A DNA stretch of 62,215 nt, counting the filler, from Catajapyx aquilonaris (lineage: Eukaryota): the NCBI GenBank assembly GCA_000934665.2. It is 2 parts of 2 records of this genome, joined end to end, with 100 filler letters (N's around TTAATTAATTAA, not from the genome) between each part and the next. Parts side by side here need not be neighbours in the genome. Positions count along the whole stretch, not along the records: positions 31,162 to 62,215 come from JYFJ02004590.1; 1 more part is not named here. The stretch is one strand, 5' to 3'. A program made the translations under genes and the position numbers. The notes under the pieces are model-generated. The model ran no database searches. It was given only the letters and a program-made list of their open reading frames with translations, and had not been told where the DNA came from. This document shows positions 51,401 to 62,215 of this stretch, one piece after another. Position 1 is the stretch's first letter. Each line of letters opens with the position of its first letter.

Positions 51401-53092
51401 TATCCAGGGCAAACTCAATTTGCGAGTTTCTTGCGGATCATGCCCGCCCTTGCAATTGCACTGTCACTCTGCATGAGTGCAGGATTAACAAGCTGTAATC
51501 CTCACCATTACCTGTTCACCAGCCCTGAGTGTTGTGAATTTTACGTGCTGGATTATTACAGGTGGTGACTTGGTCAGTGAACTACCGTGCCAAGTGCAAT
51601 GTTCGTAAAATTTATACCATCTTACATTGTCAATATATAGTGTCCACACTATCGCAAATTGACACAACAGATCAATTCTCGGTCAGCTTGTCCACAAGTT
51701 TCCAAGCAGCCTCCGCCCCCAGTATTTTTCCAGACAAGTTGGACAAACACCTCGGATTGGCCAGATCCAACAATAGTTAGCTTCCTCTCCCAGAACAAAC
51801 AGGAGGATTGTAAAGGGAGCCACGCAAACCTTCTCTCTCTTCAAAGGCACATGTTTGCCTCTAGCCGCCCAGGCAATTTGGCCAGACTTTTTCCCTCGCC
51901 TATACCTCTCCGGTAGTATTTTATAGGCAGAATGGTGCGAGACGGGGGGAACGGCCCTGTTGTATATACGGTGTGTATAGTATATATAGGAAGCGGCAAG
52001 CGTTTCTGGAAACTGGTGGAGCGTGTTGCTCGGACCTCCTTTTCCTTCGCGAGCAAATCACTCGGCCTTCCTTTTGCCTTTGAAATGTAAATAGGGACCT
52101 GGGAACCAAGGAAGGCAAGATTCGCTCTCTCCAGGCTTGCTCTTCGATAAACGAAGCACACAGCAGAGAGAGAGAGAGAGAGAGGGCGCTGAGAGAGAGA
52201 AAAAAATACAGATATATACCAAAGGAAGGAAAAAAGTACAGGGGGGTGTAATATGGGGTTAATGCGCCTGGGTCGGCAGATTTGGAGCCATTTTCCTAGT
52301 TTATAGGAAGATGAGTAAGCTGGCGGGTTGATTTACAGCGGGCATTACAGCAGAAGTGCTGGAACAGCGGGTTGCTATGGCGGTTAAGGCGGATGAATCT
52401 TAGCAACGTTGTTGACTGGATGCGCCATCTCCACAGGATTGTTTGGTGTCGACAAGGGATATAGGGGGGTGGTGTTGCTTCATAACATTATGTATGCAAA
52501 AAGTGCGAGCTTTGAAAATCTGGGCTGGAAAGTGCAGAAATTGCAATTCGTCCCATTTGAAATGGCCAGAAACACCCTAATATTACATATTCTGGACCAT
52601 ATCTTGTACTTGGGGAAAAAATCGTGGCATAAATATTGCATTGCGTCTTACGACTATCGACTGACTTGATCCCTTTCCCAACAAGATTGGTTCAGCAGCT
52701 TAGGCCGCCGGAAATCAAGTCGACAACGCCGCAATCGAATACATATATAAAAAAGGAGCTGATACCAACGAGAAGTGAAACTGGAGGCAAATTTGTTTTG
52801 TTCCGGAGAAAAAGCTCTATCCTCCCCCCCTCCTCTTTTTCCTGCATGTCTATTCCATCTCCCAGTCGACTGCGATAGATTTCGAGTAATAGTCCAATAA
52901 GCCCCATGAGCACGATAGTCTCACGGGGCGGGGATTTGAAGAGCAGCTTCCAAAGTTGAGATAGATAAAATGGCCACTGGGCTCATCTGTACGAAGACCA
53001 ATCACAGCATCCGGTTGTTACTGAATATACATTATATAACAATATAATATATTGTTATAAAATATTTGTTATAGGCCTAAATAATATTGTTA

Positions 53093-53219
53093 TAATAGGG
53101 TCTACTTTTCTCAAAAAAGGCAAACCATTCTCAGGCCGGCCGGGGTAAATTAAATAATATTATTATTTAATTTACCCCTGAGAAGCGTTTGCCTTTTTTG
53201 AGAAAAGTAGGCCCTATTA
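53093..53219. repeat. 127-bp near-perfect palindrome
   Basis: TAATAGGGTCTACTTTTCTCAAAAAAGGCAAAC...GGGGTAAATTAAATAATA-T-TATTATTTAATTTACCCC...GTTTGCCTTTTTTGAGAAAAGTAGGCCCTATTA, with a short GC insertion in the left arm. Confidence 0.88.
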
Positions 53220-54025
53220 GACTATATTATGCATACTTACAGTGTGGCGCATAATTGACTGGTTGCGCTTCTCTTGAGCGTAATTTCGCACGCGAGTAAG
53301 CGTACCATTATTTGCGATTTTTAAAATGGCAATTATTGCGCGCGGAATTTTTTTACGCTTGAAAGAGTTTGTCATCTAGGTGGAGGATGCGACGGTTTAA
53401 TTAAAAAGGAGCTCATTTTTAACGCTCGAGGCGTTTGTTCACAACTTGTATATATCGAACGGGGCTGTTTTAGCTGCTTTTTTTTTCGACTAATTAAGCG
53501 ACACGGAAGCGCGAAAGTGCTCGTTTTTTTGCACCCTTCTTACGATATAACTCGTTAGGTTCTCTTATTGCATCGTTGCGTTCGTCAATAGCAACTGCGC
53601 TCATGTTCTAATTGCCCATTTCATATAGGACGAAAATGGTTATAGGCGCATCATGTTGCAGGTCTATGGTGTTGTCGATGTTACGCTCCTTTTCTTTAAC
53701 ACCCGTTTTCTTGGAACATTTTCTTTGCGTCTCTCCCCCCCTATAATATAGCGAAGGTTATAAAAGCTAGAGGCATCCGAGTGAAGTAAAATGAAATTTT
53801 CTTCCCCTTTCTGATTAGTGCAGCTGAAATTTCGTTTCCTGCCAAATTAATGGGACAATGTTGAAAGTTCATTTTCATGTTTGGGTCTCAAAGGGAAATG
53901 GGGGTAGAAGAGAGGTTGCAAAATGGAGAACCCTTGGAAAAAAAGGCTCTCCCCATTGCCCTTTTTTTTGGCCAGAAAGTTCGATATACGAACTTTTTTA
54001 CTACTTTTTCCTGGTGTCATTTCAG

Positions 54026-54133
54026 CTCCGTGTGACTCCATCTTAGCCAGCGTCATGGGCAATGAGGAAGCTGCGGCTGTGGCCAGAACTAAGGGCAAGA
54101 TGAAGGACTGGTCTATCTACCGGACGCCTTCAG
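54026..54133 (+). CDS. ZNF385/ZMAT-like zinc-finger protein, internal exon (linker before finger)
   Basis: Acceptor ...gtcatttcag| and donor CAG|GTATGA; 108 nt, phase 1-1; encodes PCDSILASVMGNEEAAAVARTKGKMKDWSIYRTPS(G) and splices in frame to the finger exon giving YRTPSGKYYC. Confidence 0.78.
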
Positions 54134-54554
54134 GTATGACATTTATTTGTTGAACTTTACATCGTGCATGTCACTCGAGCAGCAAAGCCAATCCCATCAT
54201 GGGTGGGTCAACTATTCCGTCGTATCCGGACGTCCATCTGGCCTCGCTTCTGGGAATGTGCGAACAATAATAATTGGATCAAATTATAAAGTCAACCGCC
54301 GTGATAATGTCAACAGAATAAATTGGCCTAAAATGACAGGCTCGTTTAGAGATAAACCAATCGTCTGTTCGTTCACCTTTGTTTACCTCGGCGTCAATGG
54401 GTTGCACTATTTAAGGCCCTAGTTGTTCAGTGATCCTAGTGATTAAAATTAAGCAGTCCATATTCTCAAAACGCACGAATTTTATGCACATTTTTAAATC
54501 CAGTACATTGCAAAGAAAAGTACATAGTTAGTTACGAGAGAAAACTAGTTCTAT

Positions 54555-54606
54555 CCACCAGAGGCGCTGCCCGCCCCCATTGCGCAGGCGCAGAACGGGG
54601 GCCAAT
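54555..54606. promoter_or_regulatory. Cluster of promoter-type motifs (CTCF-like, GC box, NRF1-type, CCAAT)
   Basis: CCACCAGAGGCGC, CCGCCCCC, TGCGCAGGCGCA and CCAAT within 52 nt of an otherwise AT-rich intron. Confidence 0.35.
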
Positions 54607-55999
54607 CGGAAGCCTCCGTCATATACCAAAGGATTGTAATATTACAGATGAATATTTATATGGTTGCATAAAAAGTGAATAGATGCAGGTGATTAAAGAG
54701 ACGTGAATAAAATTTGGCTACATACAGAAAATGGCCATAAATTTAGAAAATGGCAATGAATTTGGAAAATTTAGAAAAAGCTAATATTTACTTTGTTGCG
54801 TGAAGGGCATAAAGAAGCGAATGAATTTAGTTAGTTGCAAGAATAATAAAATGCACACGGTTTTATGTCGGTTCAAGTCGGTTTTCAAGTCGGTGGAAGG
54901 TCTAAGTCGGTTCTATGCAGTTAAATGCATAAAATAATGTGTGATTATTTTTGAGTGAAGATTCTGGGATTTGTGTGAATCATTATGAAACAACCTGTAG
55001 TTTAGGATGAGGGTGCTGGAACGTGATGTTGACTTACGTTTTGTTTTTTTTTTCTTCCCAAAATATCTCCAGAGTGCGTTTTTTGGATGCGACTGTTGCA
55101 GTCTGCGGAAAATGTCAGAAAGAGAAGCTTAGGTAGGCATGACGACACGGGGCTGGGGGAGAAGGGAACGAAAGTTAACTTTTCCGTCTCAAATTGAGTC
55201 AATTTGTCCCCGTCTCTCCGGATTTCTAAGACGTAAAATATGAGTGCGATAAATCTTGGCTCCGGTGGGGAGTTTGGTGGGAAAGGGAGCGGGGAGATGG
55301 AGGAAGGAGGAGGGGGAGAAAAAGGTTTCTGTAGCATTATCTCCCACGTCCTTTCCTCCCTTGTAATTAAATGTGAGTTTCCCAAATCCGATTTGTTGAG
55401 TCCTGAAGCTGAGCGATGGCGAGAGACTGATTCTCACTTTTAGCCCCGGTTGTCGCACGGAGCGTGGAAAAGAAAGAAGCGAGAGGTGTTTCGAGAGGTG
55501 TTTTACACCAAAGCGTGCGTTTTTTAAACAATGGCTGGATCTAAAAGATTCAAATGTGAAGATTGGTGGATACTATAGTGTTTCATACTAAAAATGGCCT
55601 CCGGTTTTTCTTCAGCTAAAACTAAGACTTATAGTGATGCCTTATAAGAGAAAGGAGCTTGCTTTTTTTTTACGTCCTCGAGACAATCCCAGAACTTTTC
55701 AGACTGAAGAATTATGCCTTGTCACCCCCCTCCCCTACTACCCTCACCCTTCCCCCTACCAAAGAAAGTAGATTACCAGATTAGGAGAATCTTTTAAGAA
55801 ATCTGCTACGTGATATAGGCGATGACAAATCGCGCAGTTGCGAACAGTGAATTAGAGTAATAATCCTCAATCAAGTAAAGCGATTTTGTTCATTAGGAGA
55901 TGTTCCACGAAGCATGGAGTTACGTCTTGGCTTTCAAAGGGCTATATGCTTTGGGCCTCCTCTCTCTCCACTCTTGTCTCTTGTTTTTTTCTGTTCTAG

Positions 56000-56113
56000 G
56001 AAAGTATTACTGTGCTCCGTGCAACACGACCCTCAACTCGGAGAATCAGTTTGCTCAGCACACTGAGAGCAAGAAGCATAAAGTTAAAGCTGCTAGCCAA
56101 AGAACTAAGGATG
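56000..56113 (+). CDS. ZNF385/ZMAT-like protein, matrin/U1-type C2H2 zinc-finger exon
   Basis: Strong acceptor ttgtttttttctgttctag|; encodes (G)KYYCAPCNTTLNSENQFAQHTESKKHKVKAASQRTKD(G), with C-x2-C-x12-H-x5-H spacing of matrin-type fingers; ends at donor G|GTAAGT or reads through to stop TAA at 56119-56121. Confidence 0.88.
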
Positions 56114-59100
56114 GTAAGTAAGGTAGTGTTTTTTTTCAAAAAGTAGAGATATGGAGGATTTTGATTGGCGTGGTGACCCAGTGCAATTTGGTTGCAGGAT
56201 TCATTTGCAATTGAAAAATTCCAGTCTGTAGCGACCTTGAGGCTCATCCGGTAGTCATGCCAGGGAGGACCAGGAATGAAGGGTCGATGGGTTTGAAGGT
56301 CGTTCATAGCGGGTTGGTTACAGAAAAATATTCCCGCCATGCAGTCAGTGACGTGGTCACTTTTTTAAAATTACGTTTGAGTTGTATTAACTAGAAACGG
56401 CTGTGATAATGAGGAGACGTGTAGTATTAAATAAGCGTTATTTTGTTCAGATTTTTTCCTGGTGTGTTATGCATATTTGTAAGATATATGTGCATTGATT
56501 TACAGAAAACATTTTAACTTGCGTTATTTTGTACTATATTTTATGACTAAATGTGTACTAGATTAATTCCTCGCACAGTGCCAAGCATGATCGTGAATCA
56601 CGATTACAGTGTTTATTAGCAAACCCGTTGTCACTTTAGTGTACAAGTGTTTTACGTAACTCACTGTATGTGAAGTCACCCGGGGTGTTTTTTGAGAGAA
56701 AAATCATAATAAGTCTGTAGTTCCAGAAACATGTATTATTATGCAGACACTTGTAGACAATCAGGGTAAACATATTTATTTGTCCATTGAACGTTGTAAT
56801 GTCCCTGTGAACTGCATGTGTTGTAGCAAAGGTATGATTGAGAGAGCCAAATCTGTCCTGAGAACTTGCTTTCTATTATTCACGTACTTTGACGCGTGAA
56901 ATCGTCTCAGCTGTGTACTTACTTACCTTTGCCTTTGGAGATGCCTGACAGGTGTTTCACGACGCCATATTTGAATCCTTTATCTAGTCAGTAGAGAGGT
57001 AGACGAAAGCTGATTAGGAAAAAAAAGCTTTCTTCATTTATACATTGAATCTGTAAAACTTGCAGAGAGGAACGAAAAAAAAATAGCTATCATTTTCGAC
57101 TCTTTTGAGTACTTTGTCGAATCTCAGGTAGTGTCAACCAAGCATATACTGTTCTTTCGATAATGTTTTGTGCCTGGATTTTTAAAAATGTGCATCGTAG
57201 CTTTCAAAATGCAAAACTTTCTATGCTGTAAGCTTTCAGATGCAAGACTGTTGGGACATGGCCGTCTTGTCACCTTCTGTGACACGAGGGCAATCAGAGT
57301 CATTGAATGTGATTGACTCCAGAAACACACCAGTTGTGTCGCTAGAGCCTTTGGCGAGCGCAGGCCGCAGGGGTGTATAGAGTCACACATGTCCACGCCT
57401 CACTTATGGATGCAGTCACATATGTTTAATCTGAATGTCTCTGGATATGTGCTAGTGCCTACTAACGCCGTAGCTTGCCGAGCTTTTATTTCCATGACCT
57501 TTGACTGAGAAGGGTCTAGCGACTCCGCTGGCCACAACCAAACCATATCTGTAGGCTCAATAGGTCCTAATTACACGGTCTTTTTTGATAGCTCTGTATA
57601 GGCCTAACTGCAAGTCAATGCTTTTGGTAGATATCTTTTATGGCAGAAAACTATAGATAACCAGTGATTAACCTGGTGTTTCAAACATACGTGAATTTTA
57701 ATATGCATGTAATTTGATCTGCCGAGTGTCTCTTCCTGACGATTGTGGGTAATGGAACTGACCCATCTTTTCGTCCATGTGTATGTGCATCACATGTGAA
57801 TGTATCAGCGAATCAGTATTATTTATGATAAAATGAATAAAGTTTAGTACATTTTGAATATGTCTTTGCTTGCTCTTACCTTTAAGGCCTGTTATCAATT
57901 TTTTCGCGCAAAATCGCGGTGTGGCAGCTTTTCCGCGACAGCTGGGAGGGAGCTGGCACAGCTCAATTTTGCGTAAAAAAGCTGATTTGGGACACAGTTT
58001 TTCCGAAACAACCGAAGCTTTTACTAGACAATGTGTGTAAAAAATAATCGTATTTAAACCTTTGAATCCACCAATCATCTCCAGACAGTCTTTGTCTTTG
58101 GTCGTTGATTCGACGACCAGTGTGAACCCATATGACTTTGCTCTCAGCCACATGGAGTGCTGCTGTTCCGACACCAGTTTTCTTCCTGGGCGTGTATGGA
58201 TCAAGTTGAGAGGCTGCGCCCGAGGCAATGCTTTGAATGGATGCCAGATGAAATTAGGGATGCGGCGATGAGAAGGATCTCCTTTTCCTCGCTGAGCAAC
58301 ATTTCAAAAACTTCGCAAAAGTCCTAATCGAGTTAGGTCGCTGCCTTCTTTCTTATGCATTGGATCTCGAAGCGAATGGAAATGGGTGCAGAAGAGAGAG
58401 AGAGAGAAGAGAGAAAAACTCTAGGAATTTCTTCATTTTTTTAAACAAAAAAATAGGCCAGTAAGTTGAGGTGTATATCTGGGCAGTGCAATTCATCATG
58501 TTGCATGCGAGGAGTTATTTTCCTAACCGATCGCGTCCAGATAAACTTGGGAGCAGTTTGTTTGCCGTGGAAATGTTCTGGCGTGACCAACATCTATATC
58601 CAGGTTTAGTTTGTCATCGCAAAAGTACAGGAGGATTGTTCCCATTGTGCTGCATCAACAATATTTCGAGGCGGACGGTAATCTAACATGGTGCATTCAA
58701 AAGCAGTGTGATCGGCTGCACCTGGGCTTATTTTTCAGAGCGCGGTTTAATGATTAACGTGACATGGAGTCATTAGGTGATTGCAATAATTGCAACGACG
58801 ATGCTGCATTAACCATACCTGCTGCAGGTTGCACTTTCATTAACTCTTGAATGACGGCCGTACCACCGCATGACTAAGTGGACATCATCAGGGTGAACGT
58901 ACCGCTCAAAATTTGTGCCAGGCTTAAAGTACAAAACTAGCTAAGTTACATCATAAACTATTACACACTATCGATATAGCTGTAGATACGTATTTCCAGT
59001 AGTGGTTAGATAAGGTGCTCGGTGCTTAGGTGTTGCCCTTGAATTGCGTTTAAATATGAACCACATCGGACCAGTGCCGAAGGCTGGGTAGCTGATGGCT

Positions 59101-60197
59101 AGTGTTGGCCCCGGGGCTGCCCCCGTGCTGAGTGACTGCGGTTGTTTTCGTTTCCATGGCCATCGTGAGAAACTTGTGGTTTGCCTACCAGCTTAATTGC
59201 GACGAGAGAAGTTCGTATGACAGTACCTGCTATACAAAATGTAAGTACACTATTGAAATCTTGCATATATGGATAGTCAGTTGGAGCTATTGTACAGTGA
59301 AATAGGGGTAATTCCACAACCTTGGTAAAAAATAGTACAAAGTAGTCAAAATTGTCGAATGACATTTCGGAAGGCATTGGAAGCACGAAATCCACTTCTC
59401 GCATGCACCTGACATTTTCTCCATCCGGAATAGATATGTCAATATAGGAAAGCAGAAATATCTGGCCTAGAAAATCCTGTAACATACTGCATAACCCAGT
59501 TCGTAAATATGTATGATCGTAACCCACATTTGTTCAACATCGACTATACCAGCTGGAGTTAAATTATTGCAAAAAAAAAATTGCAGCTCTGCACCAGTTT
59601 TTGCACGGCTTAAATCCTGTTTTAATGATGAAATCTTTTGTTTCGAGCCATCCCAGGAGAAACCCATAAATATTAATTCATATCCCCCTAGCCGACCTCC
59701 GCCAAAATGACGTATCATCTGAGGTCAAAGTCCTCACCTTTTTACATTTTTGGCCCTTGCTTTTCTTGCACTTTTTTTTTATCTTGAGCAATAGACAGAG
59801 AATTGTGGCCATCTCTGTGTGCAGGTCCGGTCTGATCGTTCCGGTGCGGCGCGTCGGTTACGAGAAATGGCCAAATCACGCCGATGATGTATCGATGACG
59901 GAAGGGAATGGATGTTTCGGCGGTTGAACAGCCTATATTGACCCCTTCCAGCTGCTCTTTCCAGGCCAAATGGACCATAAGGTCTGCATTCTGGACGGAG
60001 TTGGAATTACAACGTGCCAAGGCCCCTTTCTTGGCGGTTTTTTCAGCCAGCTCTCAAGGCGCGGTTTCTGACTTATAGTCAAACGAGTATTTTTGTTTGA
60101 TGTTATTGGGCTTCTTTTATGACAAGCTTTTGTCCCTTTCGCTTATTCATGACAAAACCGACTATTTTTTATCTCTGCGAATTTTTCAGAGTATTGC

Positions 60198-60310
60198 TTT
60201 TATATGTATAAAGAAGAAGGTTTGTGTGTAATTTTGGGCTATTTAACCAACTTCCAGACAACTGATAGGCGTGAAATTTGGTACACCAATAACTGATATG
60301 CCACCATATG
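60198..60310 (+). mobile_element. Possible Helitron 5'-region fragment
   Basis: TATATGTATAAAGAAGAAGGTTTGTGTGT...GTGAAATTTGGTACAC resembles, from memory, the 5' region of non-autonomous arthropod Helitrons; termini not defined. Confidence 0.35.
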
Positions 60311-62119
60311 CTATAAAGGCCTGAAATTCCCGAATTTTTGGTAGCATGACCAGTTATGAGCAAATGTCAGCCATTCCGTGGCAGTATACAGCAGGACATT
60401 CCGCCATAAAATGTACTCAGCATTTTTTTCGTAGCAATAAGAGGCATTACCACTATTTGCTCTTTTTTTTATTCACACAGTTTTTATTCGGTGCCTAACA
60501 TGTCCGCACACATATCAAATATTCTGATTGAGTTTGGAAATGGCGGGCTATGTACTCAGTTAATGGATTGAGCCGTGGAGTCTAATGACTGTGCAACAGC
60601 ACAACAATGGGCGCTTGCTTTATAGAATTAGTTAATTTGACTGGGCTGGGGGTAACACAGTTACGGGTGCGGTCGGAACCCATCAGGTCGCAATATTGCA
60701 GCATTGTATTACCGCGCTCTTTGCAGATTAATAATTCCTGCGGTTGAGTTAATCTGCACGGAAAAAGGGTTGATACCACCCCTTTTTGCTATACCCAAAA
60801 ACCGATCAAAATCACTGCTGTTGTAGGCCAATGTCGTCCAAATATACACAACCGTACCCAATAATTATGTCAGTGTATGTAAACCAGAAATATCTTCAAG
60901 TTTGGACGTAACGTGTAATTAACCGCTTTGATGATGGATGATGGATTGACGCAAAACAGGCGCAGCATGATGGGTCATGAAGGCTTCATCAACATAGTGC
61001 GTGAGTTAAGTTCAATTTCAGTTTCATGTTCATTAAAGCATTAATGAGCTTACAAAGCCCGATGTAGGAAGAAGAAAGGCCGAGCCCCATATTTATTTGA
61101 AAACGTGTCTTTTATGACTAATGGCCGCCTGAAAAGCAGAATCCAAAATGTCCTTTTAATGGAAGTCTTTCAAGTGTAACTCCGCTGTAAAAAACTATAC
61201 ATAATTTAACTCACCTCGCTCTGTCGTTACTGACCCAAACACATTCGCGTACATTTACCTTTGAATGAGACCGCAGTGTTACTGAACTTTGCGGCTACAG
61301 GGTGTGTATAATTCAGACAACACCCTGTACTTATCGATCACTGGTCAACTCTCCAGATAAAAAGACGAGTGAAGAAAATAGCATTAGAGAGTGGTGTCCG
61401 TGCTCAGAAGGCAGTATATTCCCGTTTCAGTCCCTGCTTACTGCCCACCAGGGCACTATTGCTATCGTTTCGCACCAGAGAGGCGCGTGTGTGTTGCAAT
61501 GCTCCAGCAGCCAGCTTGGTTTTAAACACGTCGCCCCCAACTTAGCCCATACTTCACCCTGGCTTAAACCCCAGTAACCAAAACCTTGCTTTTTTTGCGG
61601 GGTTCTGACCAGGCGAAGTTTTGAGAATGATTGCGATTCTCTTGTCCCCAAACCTGCGGTCGGTGCTAGCGAGATTTATAGTCGGGGACGTAACTTTCAG
61701 CTCACATGACATCGGGTCGCAAAAAAAATTTTACCGATTTTTTTTTCTTCGAGAGAATGTGTTTTGTAATTGGTACGAATGTACGGTATTTTCACTAGTA
61801 GGGTCAGTTATACAATACTATCGTGGCCATGTTAGAATCAATATATCTCGGGGACAAACCGGGTTTTTTTTTGGCGCCAGAAAAAGAAAATTTCAAGGCA
61901 GAGGGATATCTGCAGAAAGCGATGGAGAGATATTTTTCATTTCCCTGAAGCCGAGCCTTTCTTCTGACACATCCCATCTTTCTGTTTTCTGAGAGCTGTA
62001 TATACTGCGACTCACAAAAGATCTTCAGGAAGTGAAATTGTGATAGGAAAAAAAAGCCATGACAACCCTTGGAGTCTTCTGATATAGTTTTAATTGTTGC
62101 TGTCGGTATTAAAATATTA

Positions 62120-62215
62120 CTAGCAGGTTACCCGGCGTTGCACGGGTATGTTGGGGTGCTGGTAAAGATAGGGGTACATATCTGTGATAGATTACCTGCT
62201 TGTCTTATAGCGTAC
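62120..62215 (-). mobile_element. Helitron 3' terminus, element continuing beyond the window
   Basis: Minus strand ACCCGTGCAACGCCGGGTAACCTGCTAG|T: subterminal hairpin followed by CTAG. Confidence 0.72.

Noticed and set aside
52704..52778. Ankyrin-like peptide AAGNQVDNAAIEYIYKKGADTNEK
   Set aside because: Only 24 codons between stops, weak splice signals and no neighbouring repeats; likely chance.

Overview
Eukaryotic (invertebrate, probably arthropod) genomic DNA, mostly intronic or intergenic; nearly all ORFs in the supplied track are spurious. Two contigs are joined by an artificial 100-nt spacer (N44-TTAATTAATTAA-N44, 31062-31161). The left contig holds the first two coding exons of an ADAM10/Kuzbanian-family metalloprotease on the minus strand: a signal-peptide exon (22196-22094) and a prodomain exon (7406-7274) separated by a ~14.7 kb intron; the rest of the gene probably lies off the left edge. 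The right contig holds at least two plus-strand exons of a ZNF385/ZMAT-type (matrin/U1-like C2H2) zinc-finger gene (54026-54133, 56000-56113/56121). The ~8.5 kb upstream of ADAM10 is a dense transposon cluster: tRNA-derived SINEs with TSDs, a pogo-like MITE, a 5'-truncated R1-like LINE in a simple repeat, a possible solo LTR, Helitron ends and two adjacent large palindromic Tc1/mariner-type elements. The most striking item is an 836-bp element made of two inverted copies of a mariner 5' end, including transposase HTH sequence, an architecture like maize Mu killer. Short near-perfect hairpins are frequent across the window. All calls are by eye; no database searches were run.
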